Origin: Vitrella brassicaformis CCMP3155
Lineage: Eukaryota > Protista > Chromerida
Direction of reading: 5' to 3'
DNA length: 64,000 nucleotides
Assembly (NCBI GenBank): GCA_001179505.1
Contig: CDMY01000791.1
Location: 1-64,000, forward strand
Under the pieces are notes generated by a model, which was given only the letters and a program-made list of their open reading frames with translations, was not told where the DNA came from and did not search any database. The position numbers were made by a program, and so were the translations under genes. This document shows, in pieces, positions 33,938-47,612 of this stretch. Within the stretch, counting starts at the first letter, position 1. Each line of letters begins with the position of its first letter.

Positions 33938-36651
33938 TGAGTGCCTTGATAGATTTGTCTCTGCTGGCGGAGAAGAACCTCTGCCCCTCATCGATGACCG
34001 CAAAGGCCGTCACGCTGTCGTAGTGGGGCGGGTGGAGCGTACGCACACTGCCCCAGGAGCTAGTCGTCCACACCTGCACACACACACAAGGACACAGAGC
34101 CCTTCTATAGATAGGGCTGGGTGGGGTGAAAAGTGGTGTGGCGGGCATGTTGCTGGTTGCTCGCCTTGATAGAGCGATCTCTGCTGCCGCTGACCACATT
34201 GTCACCCGGCAAGGCGTCCAAACAAAAAATACCTGGCCGTCCACAATACACACGCGCACACGCACACTAAGGTTCTGGTGGGTTCGGTTAGGTTCGGGTG
34301 GCATGTGGGTGAAGTTCCCTTCCTACCCGAGTTGTGTGCGGTGTCGAGCACGACGAGGGGCAGTAGTTTGTTCATGCACCACACCCGGATGGTCTTGTCG
34401 TCCCCGCCGCTGATGATCAGGGCCGCCGCCTCGCACAGGACGATGGCGTGCACCTCTCGGCTGTGGCCGCGCAGGGTCTTGCTGCAGCTGAACGACTCAA
34501 GGCTCCACACCTTCCACACATCCAGCCATCCAGCCATCCATCCAAGTGTCCACACCTATCACACACAGAGTGTGTGTGTGTCACAAGGCGTACCTTGACC
34601 GTCTTGTCCTGGGAGCCGCTGCAGAGCATCTTGCGCGCATAAGAGGCCTTCAGGCACCTACCCATACGGACGGCAGAGATCGACAATCAGTGTCATGACG
34701 ACATCACAGCAGGGCCGAGCAGAGTGCATTGGACCTGACGAATCCCTTGTGTCCGGGTAGAGTCCCGATGTACTGCAAGTTGTTGAGGTCCCAGATGAGG
34801 ACGCTGCCGTCCTGCCCGCCGGTGAAGAGCACGTCGCCCACTATGCACAGACTCAACACGTAACCGCTATGGCCCGTCAATATGTGCGCACAACTCTGAC
34901 ACACACACATACACACACACACTCACACAGAGAGAGAGAGAGGGGGGAGGGGGAGAGACATAGCATGCCCATGCATCCCACCACTCGACCATTCCACCCC
35001 TCTAAACGCGCCACTTACCGCGTCTATGGCACTGGGTGAGGCCCCATCAGCGGCCCCCCCGATGCCCCCCCTCCCCACTCCTCCCTTGTCCCTGGCGGCC
35101 CGTCCTGCCTGCCCATGCCGCAGCATGGCGCCGCCGCCCCCAGCTGCGACCGCTGCCTTGCTGGTGCGGCTGGGCGGGGCCGGGAAGGAGGAGAACGGCA
35201 CGGACGATGTCGAAAACTGAGGGGGCGAGGTGGGGGGGCACACCGATGGCTGCAGCACAGCACACAGGGGAAGAGACAGAGGGGTGGTCGAGTCCCGTGT
35301 GTGTCGCCCACCCACCCAGGTGCCCCACCTGTGTGTGTCTCAGTCGTGAGGTTGCGTGTGTGCTCTGTGCGCGTGCCCCGGTCTGCCTCAGTGCGTCCCG
35401 GATGTGATCACGGCCATACACAGCCCCGCGGACACCAGACCTGCAATGAAATGGAATACAATACAATACAATACAACCAACCTTAATTGTCTTCCTTTCT
35501 CTCTGCCTGCGAATCAGCGTCTCCCACTCACCGACCGACCTGTTGATGGGCTGCCTGACTCTGAGATTAGGTGTGGATGGCGCGGTGTTGCTCTGGCCGG
35601 GCTGCTGCCATTCGAGAGGCAGAGGCACGGCGGGCGGCACATCGGGGCCTTTGACGCCCGCCGCTGCTGTGCTGGGAGCGGCCCTGCTCCACGAAGCAGC
35701 ACTGGGCCCTGGCAGATAACGACAACACGACGACATCAGCATACGTGCCTTCATGAATGCACTTATGGATGTTTTGACACTTGTTCTGCTCACTTGTGAG
35801 TGCGATTTCCTGCAGGACGACGTGGGTGTCGTTGGGTATCTGCAGAAGGCAGGAGAGAATGCAGGCACACAGCACGGCACGGCACGGCACGGCACGCTTT
35901 TCGCCGCCCGCCAGCCATGTGTGCATGCATGCATGTCTGCCCTGCACCCACCCACCGTATCAGAGAGGACGAGCCCCTCCCCGTCTGTGGTCTTAAAGTC
36001 CACTGGCCCGTTGATCTGCCATCCCCGCAGAATCGCCGCCTCTATCTGTTCCACTGACGAGCCGGGGTACCAACACACTACCTGATGAAAAGACAGTAAG
36101 TACAAATGCATTCTCTTATTACTTTTCAGTGATCATGTCTGTCGCCATCCGTGGACGCGTTGAGTCACCCTTTTGTCGCCATGGGGCGTGTCCTTGGTGA
36201 CGATGAGCCGCCGCTTCGGTACGACGACCTACAAAGTATCCCGTAGGTGTGGTACATTTAACATCGTCACTGGACAACGTCACTCGGTTACGACTGACCC
36301 GCAAAGTCGCGCCGTCGAACAGCTGGTCCATCCTCTCCAGCAAGAAGAACGTGTCGCGATGCGTCGCATGGTTGACCAACAGCCTGCAGCCATCGACACA
36401 CAAGTGTAACAGTTGCCATTGCAATCAATGCCATGAAGCCAGCCACGAGTCTCAGGATTGTATAATGGTCTTGCCGCATATATCATGCTTGTGCATCCTT
36501 ACTGCTGGTCGTCCTGTATCCTGAAGATGATCCGAAGCTCCCTCAAGGCGAGGGAGGGGTCTATTTCTCTGTGGACCGCCTCCTGGTTGGGATACCGGAT
36601 GAACAGCGATAGCGAACTGCCGTCATCTGCCTTCAAATTGGCGTCCGCCAT
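33088..36651 (-). CDS. WD40-repeat protein with non-WD N-terminal region (spans a gap)
   Basis: Repeats GHSGYVLSLCIVGDVLFTGGQDGSVLIWD, GHKGFVRS, LCSGSQDKTVKVW, GHSREVHAIV..IISGGDDKTIRVW and SASRDKSIK. Probable start is MADANLKADDG at 36651. Confidence 0.8.
33187..33486. other. Assembly gap (300 N)
   Basis: Run of N. Confidence 1.
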
Positions 36652-37594
36652 TTGCACCGCACGACGAACGAACGATGACTACGTGCTCAACAACTATACC
36701 AACGCAGCAATCACCCTTGCGCGCCTCTTTCTGGGGCCTTCGTTTTGGGGCCATCCTGAGAGAGATCAAACCACTTGCCCTTCATTCAAAGGTCACCGAA
36801 ACGGTCGTCCTGTACTGATACCATTGCCCAATACACTTGTACACACCTGGCGCATTGGCTAGTCTTGCCTGCCTGCACAGGACCACGCATGTGTCGCATG
36901 TGTGTGGCGCGACAGAACGAAGGAAAGGAGCACACACCAGGAAAGGCAAAGGCGTGACGGCACCACAGGTGGCCGGGCAGGCAGGCAGTCGAGAGGAGCA
37001 CCACACAGTCGATTCTGACGTGCTGAGGTGTCGCATGCTGGAAAAACAGCAGGCAGCTGGCCACAGTCAGTGGATCATCAATGCAAGGCTGGCCTCCGAT
37101 GCACCCGGCCCATCCACCCATCCATACACTCATGCTACCTGTTAGAAAATGACCCTGCACACGTGCGGCAGTCAGCGTTCACACCAGAAAGCCCTCTCGC
37201 CGCGTTCTTGTCGGACGCGGGCAGGTCTTAGTGACAAAGAATGAGGAACAAATCTAACATAAAAAACCGTAACAAGCCCTTTCTCTCTTTCCTCCTCGGT
37301 GCACACTACATGCACCACACTGCACCCAGCACGCACAAATCACTCGGCTCGGTACGAATGGACAGCAGCAAGGTTTGTGAAGGAGTGAGTGGAATGGATA
37401 AAGAGCGTAAACAGTAATGCCTACGACCAAGAGGAAGACGACGACACAAAGAAGAAGAGCAAGAAGAAGAACAAACAACAGTGTACACCACGCCAGCCAT
37501 ACGCGTGTATGTATGCGTGTACGACGAGTGTATGTGTGTATGGCCCTGAATGCCTAGCTATCTATCTATCCACAGACTGCACAGGAAAAAATAC

Positions 37595-37700
37595 TCGTGT
37601 ACGTATACATATGTAATGTATATGTATATACATATATATGTACACATATATGTATGTATGCATGCATGTATGTATGTACGTATACGTAGTATGGGTACAC
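37595..37700. repeat. AT-rich (TATG/TA/CA) mosaic microsatellite
   Basis: atacatatgtaatgtatatgtatatacatatatatgtacacatatatgtatgtatgcatgcatgtatgtatg. Confidence 0.8.
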
Positions 37701-37899
37701 AATATCGAAAAATGATCGTCCACGGACTATTGATCATCGATCATCGAACCCACCGTGTCTTCTGTGTGTCACACGAACGACGACATCGGCTGCTGTGTCG
37801 TCTGCGTGAGGCACTGGTAGACCAGTGGAAGTGACTCTAGCGAACAGCACCGCACACGCCACGTCACGCCACCACGAGTAGATATCACCTGCACCCATC

Positions 37900-38820
37900 C
37901 ATTCACCAACCACTCACGCACAAACTATGTATAGATGCCGTGGGCTGTGTGTTGTGTTGGTGGGGTGACGTACGATTTCGAGTTTCTTGTCTCCTTTCAG
38001 AGAGGCCTCGAAGATGTCCCGCCCGTTGAGGTGCTCGCGGACTCGCCTTTCTCTCTTCGGCGAGGGGAAAGAAACCATACGACCAGACCGGCACGATACC
38101 TGCACACACACACACACACACACAAATGAGAGTGTGCAGTGAAGGAACGGGCCACGCATGCCAAGCCGACACCCATCCATCGATTCCTCGCCCATATAGA
38201 TGCATACATACCATTTGCAGGCATGAAGCGAGAACTTCGGTGGGGTGGGGGTCAAACAGCAACACGTCCCCTCGGCTGCACACGCAAAGCGTCCTCCTCA
38301 CCCACCCGCCATGCCATTTCTTGAGCATCACCTGTCAAGACAGACATGCAACACCCGCCCTCCTGTCTGTCTGTCTGTCCGTCTGTCCGTCTGTCTGTCC
38401 ATTCCATTAAGAATATATTGAGCATACCTGCGCGCGGCACTGACACATCAGGCTGGAATCACTGCTGCTGACGCTCCCGGGTGTCGTATCCTCAGCCAAC
38501 AGACCGCCCTCGCCTGGCGACCATGACGCTCTCAGGGGGGACTCGCATGTTCTCGTTGAGGCGCTCTCGATCCCGGACAGCAGAAGGGGCTTGGTCAGCC
38601 GGTGTGCAAATCTGTCCTCCGCCTCTTCCCCGCCCGCCTCCGCGTCAGGATGCGTGAAGAGGCTGCCGGCCGAGGTGTGTCCCGCTGGCGAAAGCAGCAA
38701 GGGCGAAGTGGGGTGGTCGACGTGCAGAGGGTGGTCGGACAGCAGCAGCTGTGACTGGGACAGGGGCGGTGGCTCACTCCACGCCTCTTCAGACTGCTGA
38801 ACTGGAGAGAAAGACGCCAT
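37900..38820 (-). CDS. Hypothetical Ser/Pro-rich protein (3' end approximate)
   Basis: Long first exon MASFSPVQQSEEAWSEPPPL..., then exon-like segments such as RVREHLNGRDIFEASLKGDKKLEI bounded by microsatellite introns. Confidence 0.4.
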
Positions 38821-39104
38821 GCGGCCGAGTGGTGCGGGTCGGGTAGCAGCACTTATCAGATATGCCGGGACTGACTGTTCTCGGGTTGTCCTTGGTCCGC
38901 GATGAAACCGAGCTGCAGCAGTTGGCGGAAGTCACCGAAGCGGGAAAAATTGCGGGACACAGCAGTTGGCGGAAGTTCCCAATACGCATCGCGCCTCGTG
39001 CGTATCGGCAGATCCACAAGTGATCCTGGGGAACGCGGACCCAATCCGGAACCCTAAACCCCAAGATCGCGACAAAGCTCGCGTTCATGCCTGAACTCAG
39101 AAAT

Positions 39105-40270
39105 GGAGGAGCATTTTCACTTCGGCCTCAGCATCTGCATCCTCCAGGTGCCGTCCACGTTCAACTTGCATGACTGATGCCCACCACCTCGTGTTCACGC
39201 AATGGATGCTCTCTGCTCATTGCAGCCCCACGGGGACGGTGCTGGAGCAGCAGCGGCGGCGGTTGAGTGGCTGGAGGAGTTCCTGGACCTGTCCGACTGC
39301 GAACCGCGGGAGGTGGTGGAGAGCACTGACTCCATCCTGTACATCCGGCTGCTCTATAGGATGGACGGCCTTGTGCACCGGGTGGGTCGCGGGGGGGAAC
39401 GCTGTAATTAATGCATGTGACAAAGGTCTGTCTGTCTGTCTGTCTGTCTGCAGGTTGAGCTTTTGGTCTGTCCCCCTTTGGCGCGCTACATGCGCACCGC
39501 CTCTCACCTGGCTGTGAACAGCCTGGGAGTCATCTTCTTTCTCGATGGTGCGTACCTATAGGTCATGGTGGAAGGGAAGGGGCATCCACATTTTCTACCC
39601 TCTGTGTGCCACTGTGCCGCACAGCTACCGACCAGCCGTGTCTCGATCACTTGGACGAGTGGGTGGCGGCGGCAAACCGATTCGCCCCCCCGACGGGACC
39701 GAAGCCGTCCATTGTCGCCTACCATGACGTATGCCCGCATAGGGTGCACCGCTCACACATACTTACAAGATGACATTGATGCGGCCATCCTTTGCGCGTT
39801 TTGGGTGCAGGGGACGGGCAGGTCGGGAGCAGGTGCGATGGAGCGTCCCGCCGGCAATCTCCGTGAGCAGGACATCTGGCAGAAGACAGCGCAGCTGCAG
39901 CTGCCCGTTGTGAAGCTGCAGAGACCGCGGTGGACACCCGACACATAAGGAGAGACAGAAATGGGACAACAGGGTGAAGGGAAGAGACGTTTCTTTGTCC
40001 ATTCCTTGGTCTGTCATGACAGGTCCCAGCCGTCCCAGCCGTCCGACTTGGAGTTCGAGTCGCATGGTGTGATGGTGCTGCAGAGCTTTGAGGGATTGCT
40101 GCGCTACGTGCTGCACAAATGGGTGGCGGAGAGGCTTCCAAGTCCACCGGAGCCGTCAGCCCTGCTGCTTTCAGACATCAGTATTGGTAAACACATGTGC
40201 CGATGCAATGTCCATAAAGCTAGGCGTTGTTGCTGGACTGTCGTGAGCAGGTCCAACCGTGTTGACGGAT
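39105..40270 (+). CDS. Hypothetical multi-exon protein (boundaries approximate)
   Basis: Exon-like segments AVEWLEEFLDLSDCEPREVVESTDSILYIRLLYRMDGLVHR and DLEFESHGVMVLQSFEGLLRYVLHKWVAERLP, flanked by AG/GT. Confidence 0.4.
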
Positions 40271-40972
40271 GAAGGCTACATAAAGGTGCGCACAAGACAG
40301 TGGCGGAGACACAGCCACACACTCATGGTCCCTCCCTCATGTCTCCACTGTCTTTCCCTCTCGAAACCCGTGAATGCATCGCATCGCAGGCTCTGTTTTC
40401 ATCCCACGGCATTCAATCGGATCCACCAGCCCACCCGCCCCAGCCCCACCCCAATCCCAGCATGCCCCCCGCCCCTCCAGGAACATCGGCATATTCCCCG
40501 CCATATAATGCTGTTCCCACCGACCATGGCTCATACCCGCCATCCCATCCACCACCAGCCGCCGCCGCCATGGCCATGGATGGGCTGTTCGCATCCCAGC
40601 CGTGGGAGCCGGGACAGCAGAGTTGATTTGGTGGTGGAGGAGGCAACAAGGCGACGAGGCATGCGGCTAGGGGCTGAGACAGACAGACAGACAGACGGGC
40701 GGGCTGGCGTCGGTGTGTTGGTCTCTGCATTCCTTTGGCGCCTCTCTCACATGTGTGTAGGTCGGGGTGAGACGACCGAGTGTCTGGGTGAGTGAGGGAC
40801 CCCGCGGTGATTTGTTGGTTGCTTGCTTGATGATGTGTCTGGTTGCAACGTTCTCTGCGCCTATGAGTGAGGACCATTCCCGGCAACTTTGCAATCAATC
40901 ATTGTCCTGTCCTGTAAGCGATTCGTCTACTCTTCCTCCTGTCTGCCTGTCTGTATCTGCCCGCCCATCTAT

Positions 40973-43900
40973 CTATCTCTTCCTGGCGGCTTGTGCATCG
41001 CCCCTCTTGTCCCCACCACCCCTTCCCACACGCACGCCCCCTCTCCCGAGTGCACCAAAGGGGGGCCCACCAGCACCGCCACCGCCACCCCCTCCCCCTC
41101 CCCGGCCCATCCCCCTGCCACTCACCAAGCCACCCTGCTGCAGCGGCTGCACATGACCACCACCACCACTGCCAAACTTCTTGGCCACTCCCACAGCCAC
41201 GGGCACAGGCATATGCACCGCACCGTCTCCCGCCAACTTGTCCGTCTTGAGCTCTGCGCCAGGGTCATAGTGCCGGATGAAGGGGTCTTGGTCTTGTCGT
41301 TCTTGGAGGTGGATGCGGGCATGTGGGTAGTCGTCATCGTCTTTGGGTGGGTCGTCAGGTCGGATGACGATGAGCCCGCCGTGGCCTGTGGACTTGGGGG
41401 TGCGATGATGACGGGAGGGGGGAGGCAGCGCAATCACACCTGCACGGGGGGCGGGTGGGTGCTCTGGCTGCTGCTGCTGCTGCTGCTGTGGGTGGGTGGC
41501 TTGGGTGCTGTGGGTGGCGGGGGCGGCTGGCTGGGCTCGAACAGCCTCCTGTGGGTAAGACATGACAAGAGACGGAAACAACGATATGTGTGTGTGGGGC
41601 GACAGTTGTATGTCTATTCAGTCAGTTTTGGGGGTGGGCTGTCTTGTGTTGTGCCGTGTTGTGTGCGTGTGTGTACCTGCAGCCACTTTTCCACGACCTT
41701 CTTGCCGCTCTGCAGCACCTCAACGGCCTCCTGCACACACAGACACAGCAGAAGAGACAAACACACCACACATGCCATCGGTGCGTGTGCGCATTCCCTA
41801 CAAGCACACACACACACACACACACACGTACAAATGCGTGTTGGAGCTCTTCCTGCAGCCCCGTGACGGCCTCGCGCAACTCGAGCACCTCTGTCTCACG
41901 CTGACATCACCCACACGACACGACCCAGTCGATGGCAGACAGACAGACAGACAGACGGCAAACCGATGGAGGGCATGGAATGGACGGATGTCAGATATCT
42001 CTCGCTTGGCTTGCCTGTCTGAGTGCGTTGGTGAGGAATGCGGTGGGCTTGTCCTTGACGTTCAGCGTCTTGACCGCCGCCGCCAGCTGCCGATCCACAC
42101 GAGACCGGCCCGCACGCTCACCATCCAACTCAACCTGATTGATGCATGCACGTGCGTGACACACATGACCCACCCACCGAGTGTGTGTGTGTGTTGCTTG
42201 GGTGGTTTGGGTACCCATCCCACCTGCAGCCTCTGGCATCTGTCCTGCAGCCTCCTGCACTGCAGCTTGAGCCGAGCCGCTACGGGCAGGGTCCGCAGGT
42301 CGCGCAGCGCAGGGCCAGTGGCGTCATGGCCATCGTCCACTCCTACACCCACACAGGCGACAGCCCCAGTTTCAGCGCCTTGATTGTGTGGCGCGGGTGG
42401 CAGCTGTAGCGGGGCGTCCCAGAGGTCCTCTGCGTCCTCGTAGTGCCGAATGCGCTCGCTGCACACACAACACACAAACACCAGTCAGTGGTGCACAGAC
42501 AGAGGAGATCAGATGAGATGGGTGTGGGTTTCGGTGGGTGTGGTGACCGGAGAAGGGCAAGCTCGGCCTTCTCCTGCATGTTGTCTTCGCGCAGGCTCTT
42601 CTCTGTCTTGAGATTCTCCTGAGACAGCGAGCCAGTGAGATGAGAGAGTGGATGGATAGGTGAAGTGAAGTGGGGGCACAGTGCAGTGCACCAGACACAC
42701 ACATACAATAACGAGGGCACTTGGCCACTGTTTGGGCGCGGCGCACACAAACACACCAACCTACCTGTCTGAGTAGGTCGACTTTCTGTTTGTTGAGGTC
42801 TGCGTCCATCTGGCTCTTCTGCAGCAGCCGCAGGGTCTCCTCGTGAGCCACACCCAGACGATCCAACTCGAAGCTCTTCACCTTCAGCTGCGCACACACA
42901 CACACACACATCACACACGTCCACTCACAATGTGTCTGGGGTGGAGAGGGAGGGAGGGAGGGAGGGTGTGTGTTTGCCCACCTGTGCCCTGAGGTCTACT
43001 ATCTCCTGCTGCAGCTTGAGCTGCTGAGTGCGGTTCTCCTCTGACAACACCTGATGAACGCACACACAGACATTAATCACATCAGTCTCTGTATGTGTCT
43101 CTATGGATGGATGGATGGATGGACGGCCGTCGTGATGACCCACTCAATCACCTTGTACGCGGCGTCAGCGTCGTCCTTGCCGCGACGATACTCTTCCACA
43201 CGCCGCTCTGCAGAATCTCGCTGCATTAAGACGCACACACACACACACACACACGTAGGTGGGTTGCCTCAGGGGCTGGGGCGTGGTGTGTTTTAATGCC
43301 TGCCTGTTCGATGAGCAGTTTGGTCTCCCTGTCGTGGATGCTGTCCCACTGGCGGCGGACCTCCTCGAGATGGGCGTCGGCAGACGCACGCGCCTTGGAT
43401 ATCTCACACTCTACCTGACAGACACGTGAGGCATGTCGGCATGACACAGAGGGAGTCTCTGTCTGTCTGTCTGTCTGTCTGTCTGTGCATTCTGTGCGCT
43501 GGTGGCTCACCCGCTCCCTCATCTCCTGTGCGTGCGATGTCTTGAGAGTGTCCAGCTTAAACACCAGCTCCTGCTCCCGGCCGCGGAGCTGATTGGATTG
43601 ATGCACAGCACAGACACAAACGATATATGAGTCTGTTGAGTCTGAGTGGCGCGTGTGGTGGGGTGTGCGGTGTGTGGAGTCCATGCCTGCTGCAGCTGGT
43701 CCTCGGCCACCTCTAGCTGGTCCTTCTTGCGGCTCACGGCATCCTCCAACGAGGTCACCTGCCCCCACCCAGATACACACACACACATCTATCCACCCAC
43801 CGATCCAGCCGTGCTGCGTCTGTCCTTTTGCACCTGCGCGGTGAGGTGTATTTTGTCCGTCTTGAGTGAGTGGTTCTGCGCCTCCAAGTTGGCTGCCCGC

Positions 43901-46042
43901 CCCACATAGAGCTCCTTCTCGCGAGAGAGGGCCTCCATCGCAGCAGCCTGCCGACGCAACCCCCCATCCATCCATCCATCCATCCATTTATCGCACACGG
44001 AGACTACACACATATATATAAGTCAGATGGCTTGCTTACCTGTTTAGTGACGGTTTGCCTGAGGTCGGTGGCCTCGGCCTCCAGCTGCACGAGGCGGCGC
44101 TGGTTGTCGTCGTAGCGCAGCATCTTGTCGCGGGTCTCCTCGAGGGCCTCCTTCTTATGCCGGCACTCGTCAGCCAACGCCGCACAACGATGCCTGCACC
44201 CATGGCATGCATCAACAGCCAGGTCGGTCAGAAACGCGACGCCGTACACAGGTCTGTCTGTCTGTCTCTTTGTGGGTTACTGACGATAGCTCTTCGATCT
44301 GCCGGGAGCTGTCCTCCTTCACACCCTCCAGGGACACCTGCACACCACCAGCCGGGTATGCACTTACTACGTCTCAACTCAACTCAGCCGCCTAGCGGAC
44401 GCCCCCAGAAGCGTAGGTACCTGTGCGTGTGTGAGCTGCCGCTTGCACTGGTCGAGTCGGTCCTGTGCGAGTGCGGTGTTCTCGCGTAGCATCTCGAGCT
44501 CCCTGCTCTGGCTGGCCACCCGCTCCTTGTACCCCCGCACCGTCTCGTACACTCGAACCAGCACCCACTCACGCAGTGACAGCTCATCCTCACCGCGACC
44601 CCGCAACTCGAAGTACAGGTCCTCCGACAGACTCAGGTCGCGCAGCTGGTCCCGCAACACAGAGAGGTCCGCTGCCGCCTGGGAAAAAGACAGAGATGGG
44701 GATGGATGAGGTGGGTATGGGTATGTATGTGTCTGTGTGTGTGTGCTAACCCGTATGAAGGGCCCCATGCGCCTCTCCTGCTCTGTCTTGAGCTGAGAGT
44801 GTGGGAGGAGGGAGGGCGCACGGGAGGTAAAACACATGTGGCATCATATCTATCCGTGTGTGGTGCATTGCATTGCTGTTGTGCAGTTTTGTGGGTGGTG
44901 CCACTCACTCACACACCTTTGTGACTTCCTCTGCATTGAGGTCCATCTGGTTCTTCAACGTACGCTCGAACCTGCAGCCATCGACACAGATTGTACCTTC
45001 CGCTGGCCGACTGACTGACTGCACGTACGCCGCGTTTTGTGTGGCGAGTTTGAGCCTGAGGTCCAGGACTTCACGCTGCAGCGACGAGAGGTCCGACGAG
45101 GGGGGAGGCAACACCGGCTGCATGGCATGCACGACGAGACAGACAACCGGACACACAGAAGACGGACATGTGCATGCGAGGGGGCGGGCGGAATGTGTCG
45201 AGCTTCCTTACCGCTGTGGACTGTTTGGGCGGCAGCAGCATCTGCGGAGCCGGCAGATTACCACTGACCACAGACACCCGGGGAGGGAGGGAGGGAGGGA
45301 GGGAGTGTGAAGTGCGTCGATTGTTCCTTCCGCTACCCTGTGTGTGTACCTGTGCAGGTCAATCGGTATGGGCGGGATGGGGTGCGTGAAGGGCGGGCCG
45401 CCAGGCGCATCACGCGGACCACCGGGACCCAGCAAATGATCTGCTGACACACACACAACACAAAAGACAAGACAAGACAAGACACAACACAACACAACAC
45501 AACACACACATGTACAGGGCATGGCATGCACATTCATCAGTCAGCTGGGGCCAGTGCAGTGCGGTGACGAAGCGCAAGAGCTGTGCGTTGTGTACCGATA
45601 TTGAATGAGTCTGACTCAGAAATGGGCGACTGGTCCGTCACAGAGCCCTGCAGTGAGTGCATGACATGACCAAAGTCCGAGTCCGTGTGTATGTTGTGTT
45701 GTGTGTACGACGGACGATATGCAATAATACATGTGCTGGCTGACTCACATGTTCAGAGTGCTGCCGCCTGCCGACGTGTGCCGCGGCATCGTCCTCCTCG
45801 TCAAGCCCCTCGTTCTGACCCAAATCCACAGAACTCTCGGACCCCTGAATAGAATGAGCAGAGGCATGCAATTCACAAGTGAACAAACAGCAAGGCAAAC
45901 ACCAACACACAAACAACCGAATGAGTAGACAAGGTGCATGCACACGCGGTGCATCGTCCCGTGCGGTGGTAAGGTAGGTAGATGGATGGATGGTGGAGGC
46001 CCAGGCCTCTGCTGGTGTCCCTCTTACCGCGAGTGTGTCCAT
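40973..46042 (-). CDS. PIBF1: PIBF1/CEP90-like centriolar coiled-coil protein (many exons; ends approximate)
   Basis: LSLSEDLYFELRGRGEDELSLREWVLVRVYE, LKVKSFELDRLGVAHEETLRLLQKSQMD and DKPTAFLTNALR resemble conserved PIBF1 blocks as I recall them. This was not database-checked. Confidence 0.6.
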
Positions 46043-46464
46043 TCCCGCGACTTTCGGGCTCTTCCGGATGTCGGGCCGCAGAGGTCGGCTATAGTCTAAT
46101 TGGTTTTCTCCCAATACAAAAACGGGGAGAGCCGAGCCGGCGCGAGCTTTGCGAGGGAGGCAAAGCGCATCAAATTCACAGATGACAAACACACATACTC
46201 ACTCTCTACTCTATGTACCTCAGGTTGCCCCTCGTCGCTCCATTTGCCGCACGCGGAGTGTTCGTTCGTTCCCGGAATGCGAAGTGGAGTGTTCCGAGAC
46301 CGGCTGGATAGAGAGGAGAGCTGTCTTGTGCGTCTTCGCATTCATTCTGTCTTGCATCAGACTCCGACCGCTTGCAGCCTGCTTGATTCGTCAACCATCT
46401 GTCGGCATTCCAGTGCTATATCTGTGCGTTCAGTCCATTCCGAACCCTGGATTGTTCTCCCGCG

Positions 46465-47532
46465 ATGAAGCTGTTTCTGTGCCTTGTCGGCGCCCTCCTG
46501 GTGGCCGGTGCTGCTGCTGACGTGAAGCACCCACCCTCCCTGCGCAAGCTGCAGGAGTCTACGGCCGTCACTGATCCGTCGACCGTAAGAAATTCACGGC
46601 CACCCACCTGTGGTCTCTCTGCACTATGCATGTGCACGCATTTGTCTGTCTGTCTGTCTGTCGCTGCTTCGTGTGTGTCTGTCATGTGTTTGCAGGAGGT
46701 GACTGTCCCCGAGGAGCCTGAGATCCCTCCTGAGGACTCCGAAGGTGGCGACGAAGATGACGACGATCTTGAGGTGGGTGCGGGAGCACTCAGCCACACA
46801 CACACATACTTAGCGCTCGCAGACCAGCCATGTGCCTGTGTGCGGGTGTTTGTTTGTCTGAGTACAGGAAGGTGATGACGCCTTTACCCCAAAGGTGGGC
46901 GAACAGCACTTTGCACATAACACATACAGACTGTGAACGTCTGTCTGTCTGTATCGATGTGTGTATCATGTACTACGTGTGCAGGAGGGTGACGGCGAGG
47001 AGCGGAGGGCGCTGGGGACCTGGTGCGGGCACCACTGTCACCACCCCTGGTGGTGGTACCATCATCACCACCCCTGGTGGTGGCACCCTCACCATCACGG
47101 CCACCATGGACACCACCACCACGACCATGGACACCACCGGATGCTCTCCGAGGTGGGCAAGCGAACAACATAACACATATAGACAGCGGCACTCACGCCA
47201 GACACAGAACCATGTACGTACGTATGTCTGTCTGTCCGTCTGTCTGTCTGTCTATCTGCATGGCTGTGTGTGCAGGAGGGTGATGAACCTCCTGTGAGAG
47301 AGCTGCATCCCCACTATCACTGTCACTGGGTCTGGTCGTGCCACCGGATGCTCTCCGCAGAGGTGGACGAACACGACACCACACACACAGGCAGCGACCC
47401 TCACCCCAGACACAGAGCCTTGCACGTCTGTCTGTCTGCCTGCGTGTGTGTGTGCAGGAGGCTGCTGAAGTTCCTGTAAGAGAGCTGCATCCCCACCCTC
47501 ACTGTCACTGGGTCTGGTCGTGCCACCGCTGA
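46465..47532 (+). CDS. Secreted multi-module His/Trp/Cys-rich peptide precursor (family member C), about 184 aa, 6 exons
   Basis: Exons 46465-46584, 46696-46773, 46868-46894, 46985-47152, 47276-47362 and 47458-47532 are all phase 0 with canonical GT/AG. Same leader as members A, D and the ZIP gene. Confidence 0.82.
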
Positions 47533-47612
47533 CATCACCTCCACAACTGTATGTCACATTTTTGTAATCGCATGATCCCTGAGTCGCGCTTTAGTGTGGT
47601 GTGGATGACTGT

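Noticed and set aside
36860-37500. Possible plus-strand gene including YDQEEDDDTKKKSKKKNK
   Set aside because: Low-complexity purine-rich sequence with no coherent gene model.
46985-47532. Alternative Thr/Gly-rich or Val-rich frames over member C in the ORF track
   Set aside because: They are shifted or antisense readings of CAC/CAT-rich codons. Only the His-rich frame fits all phase-0 splice sites and the paralogous EGD..RxL module.
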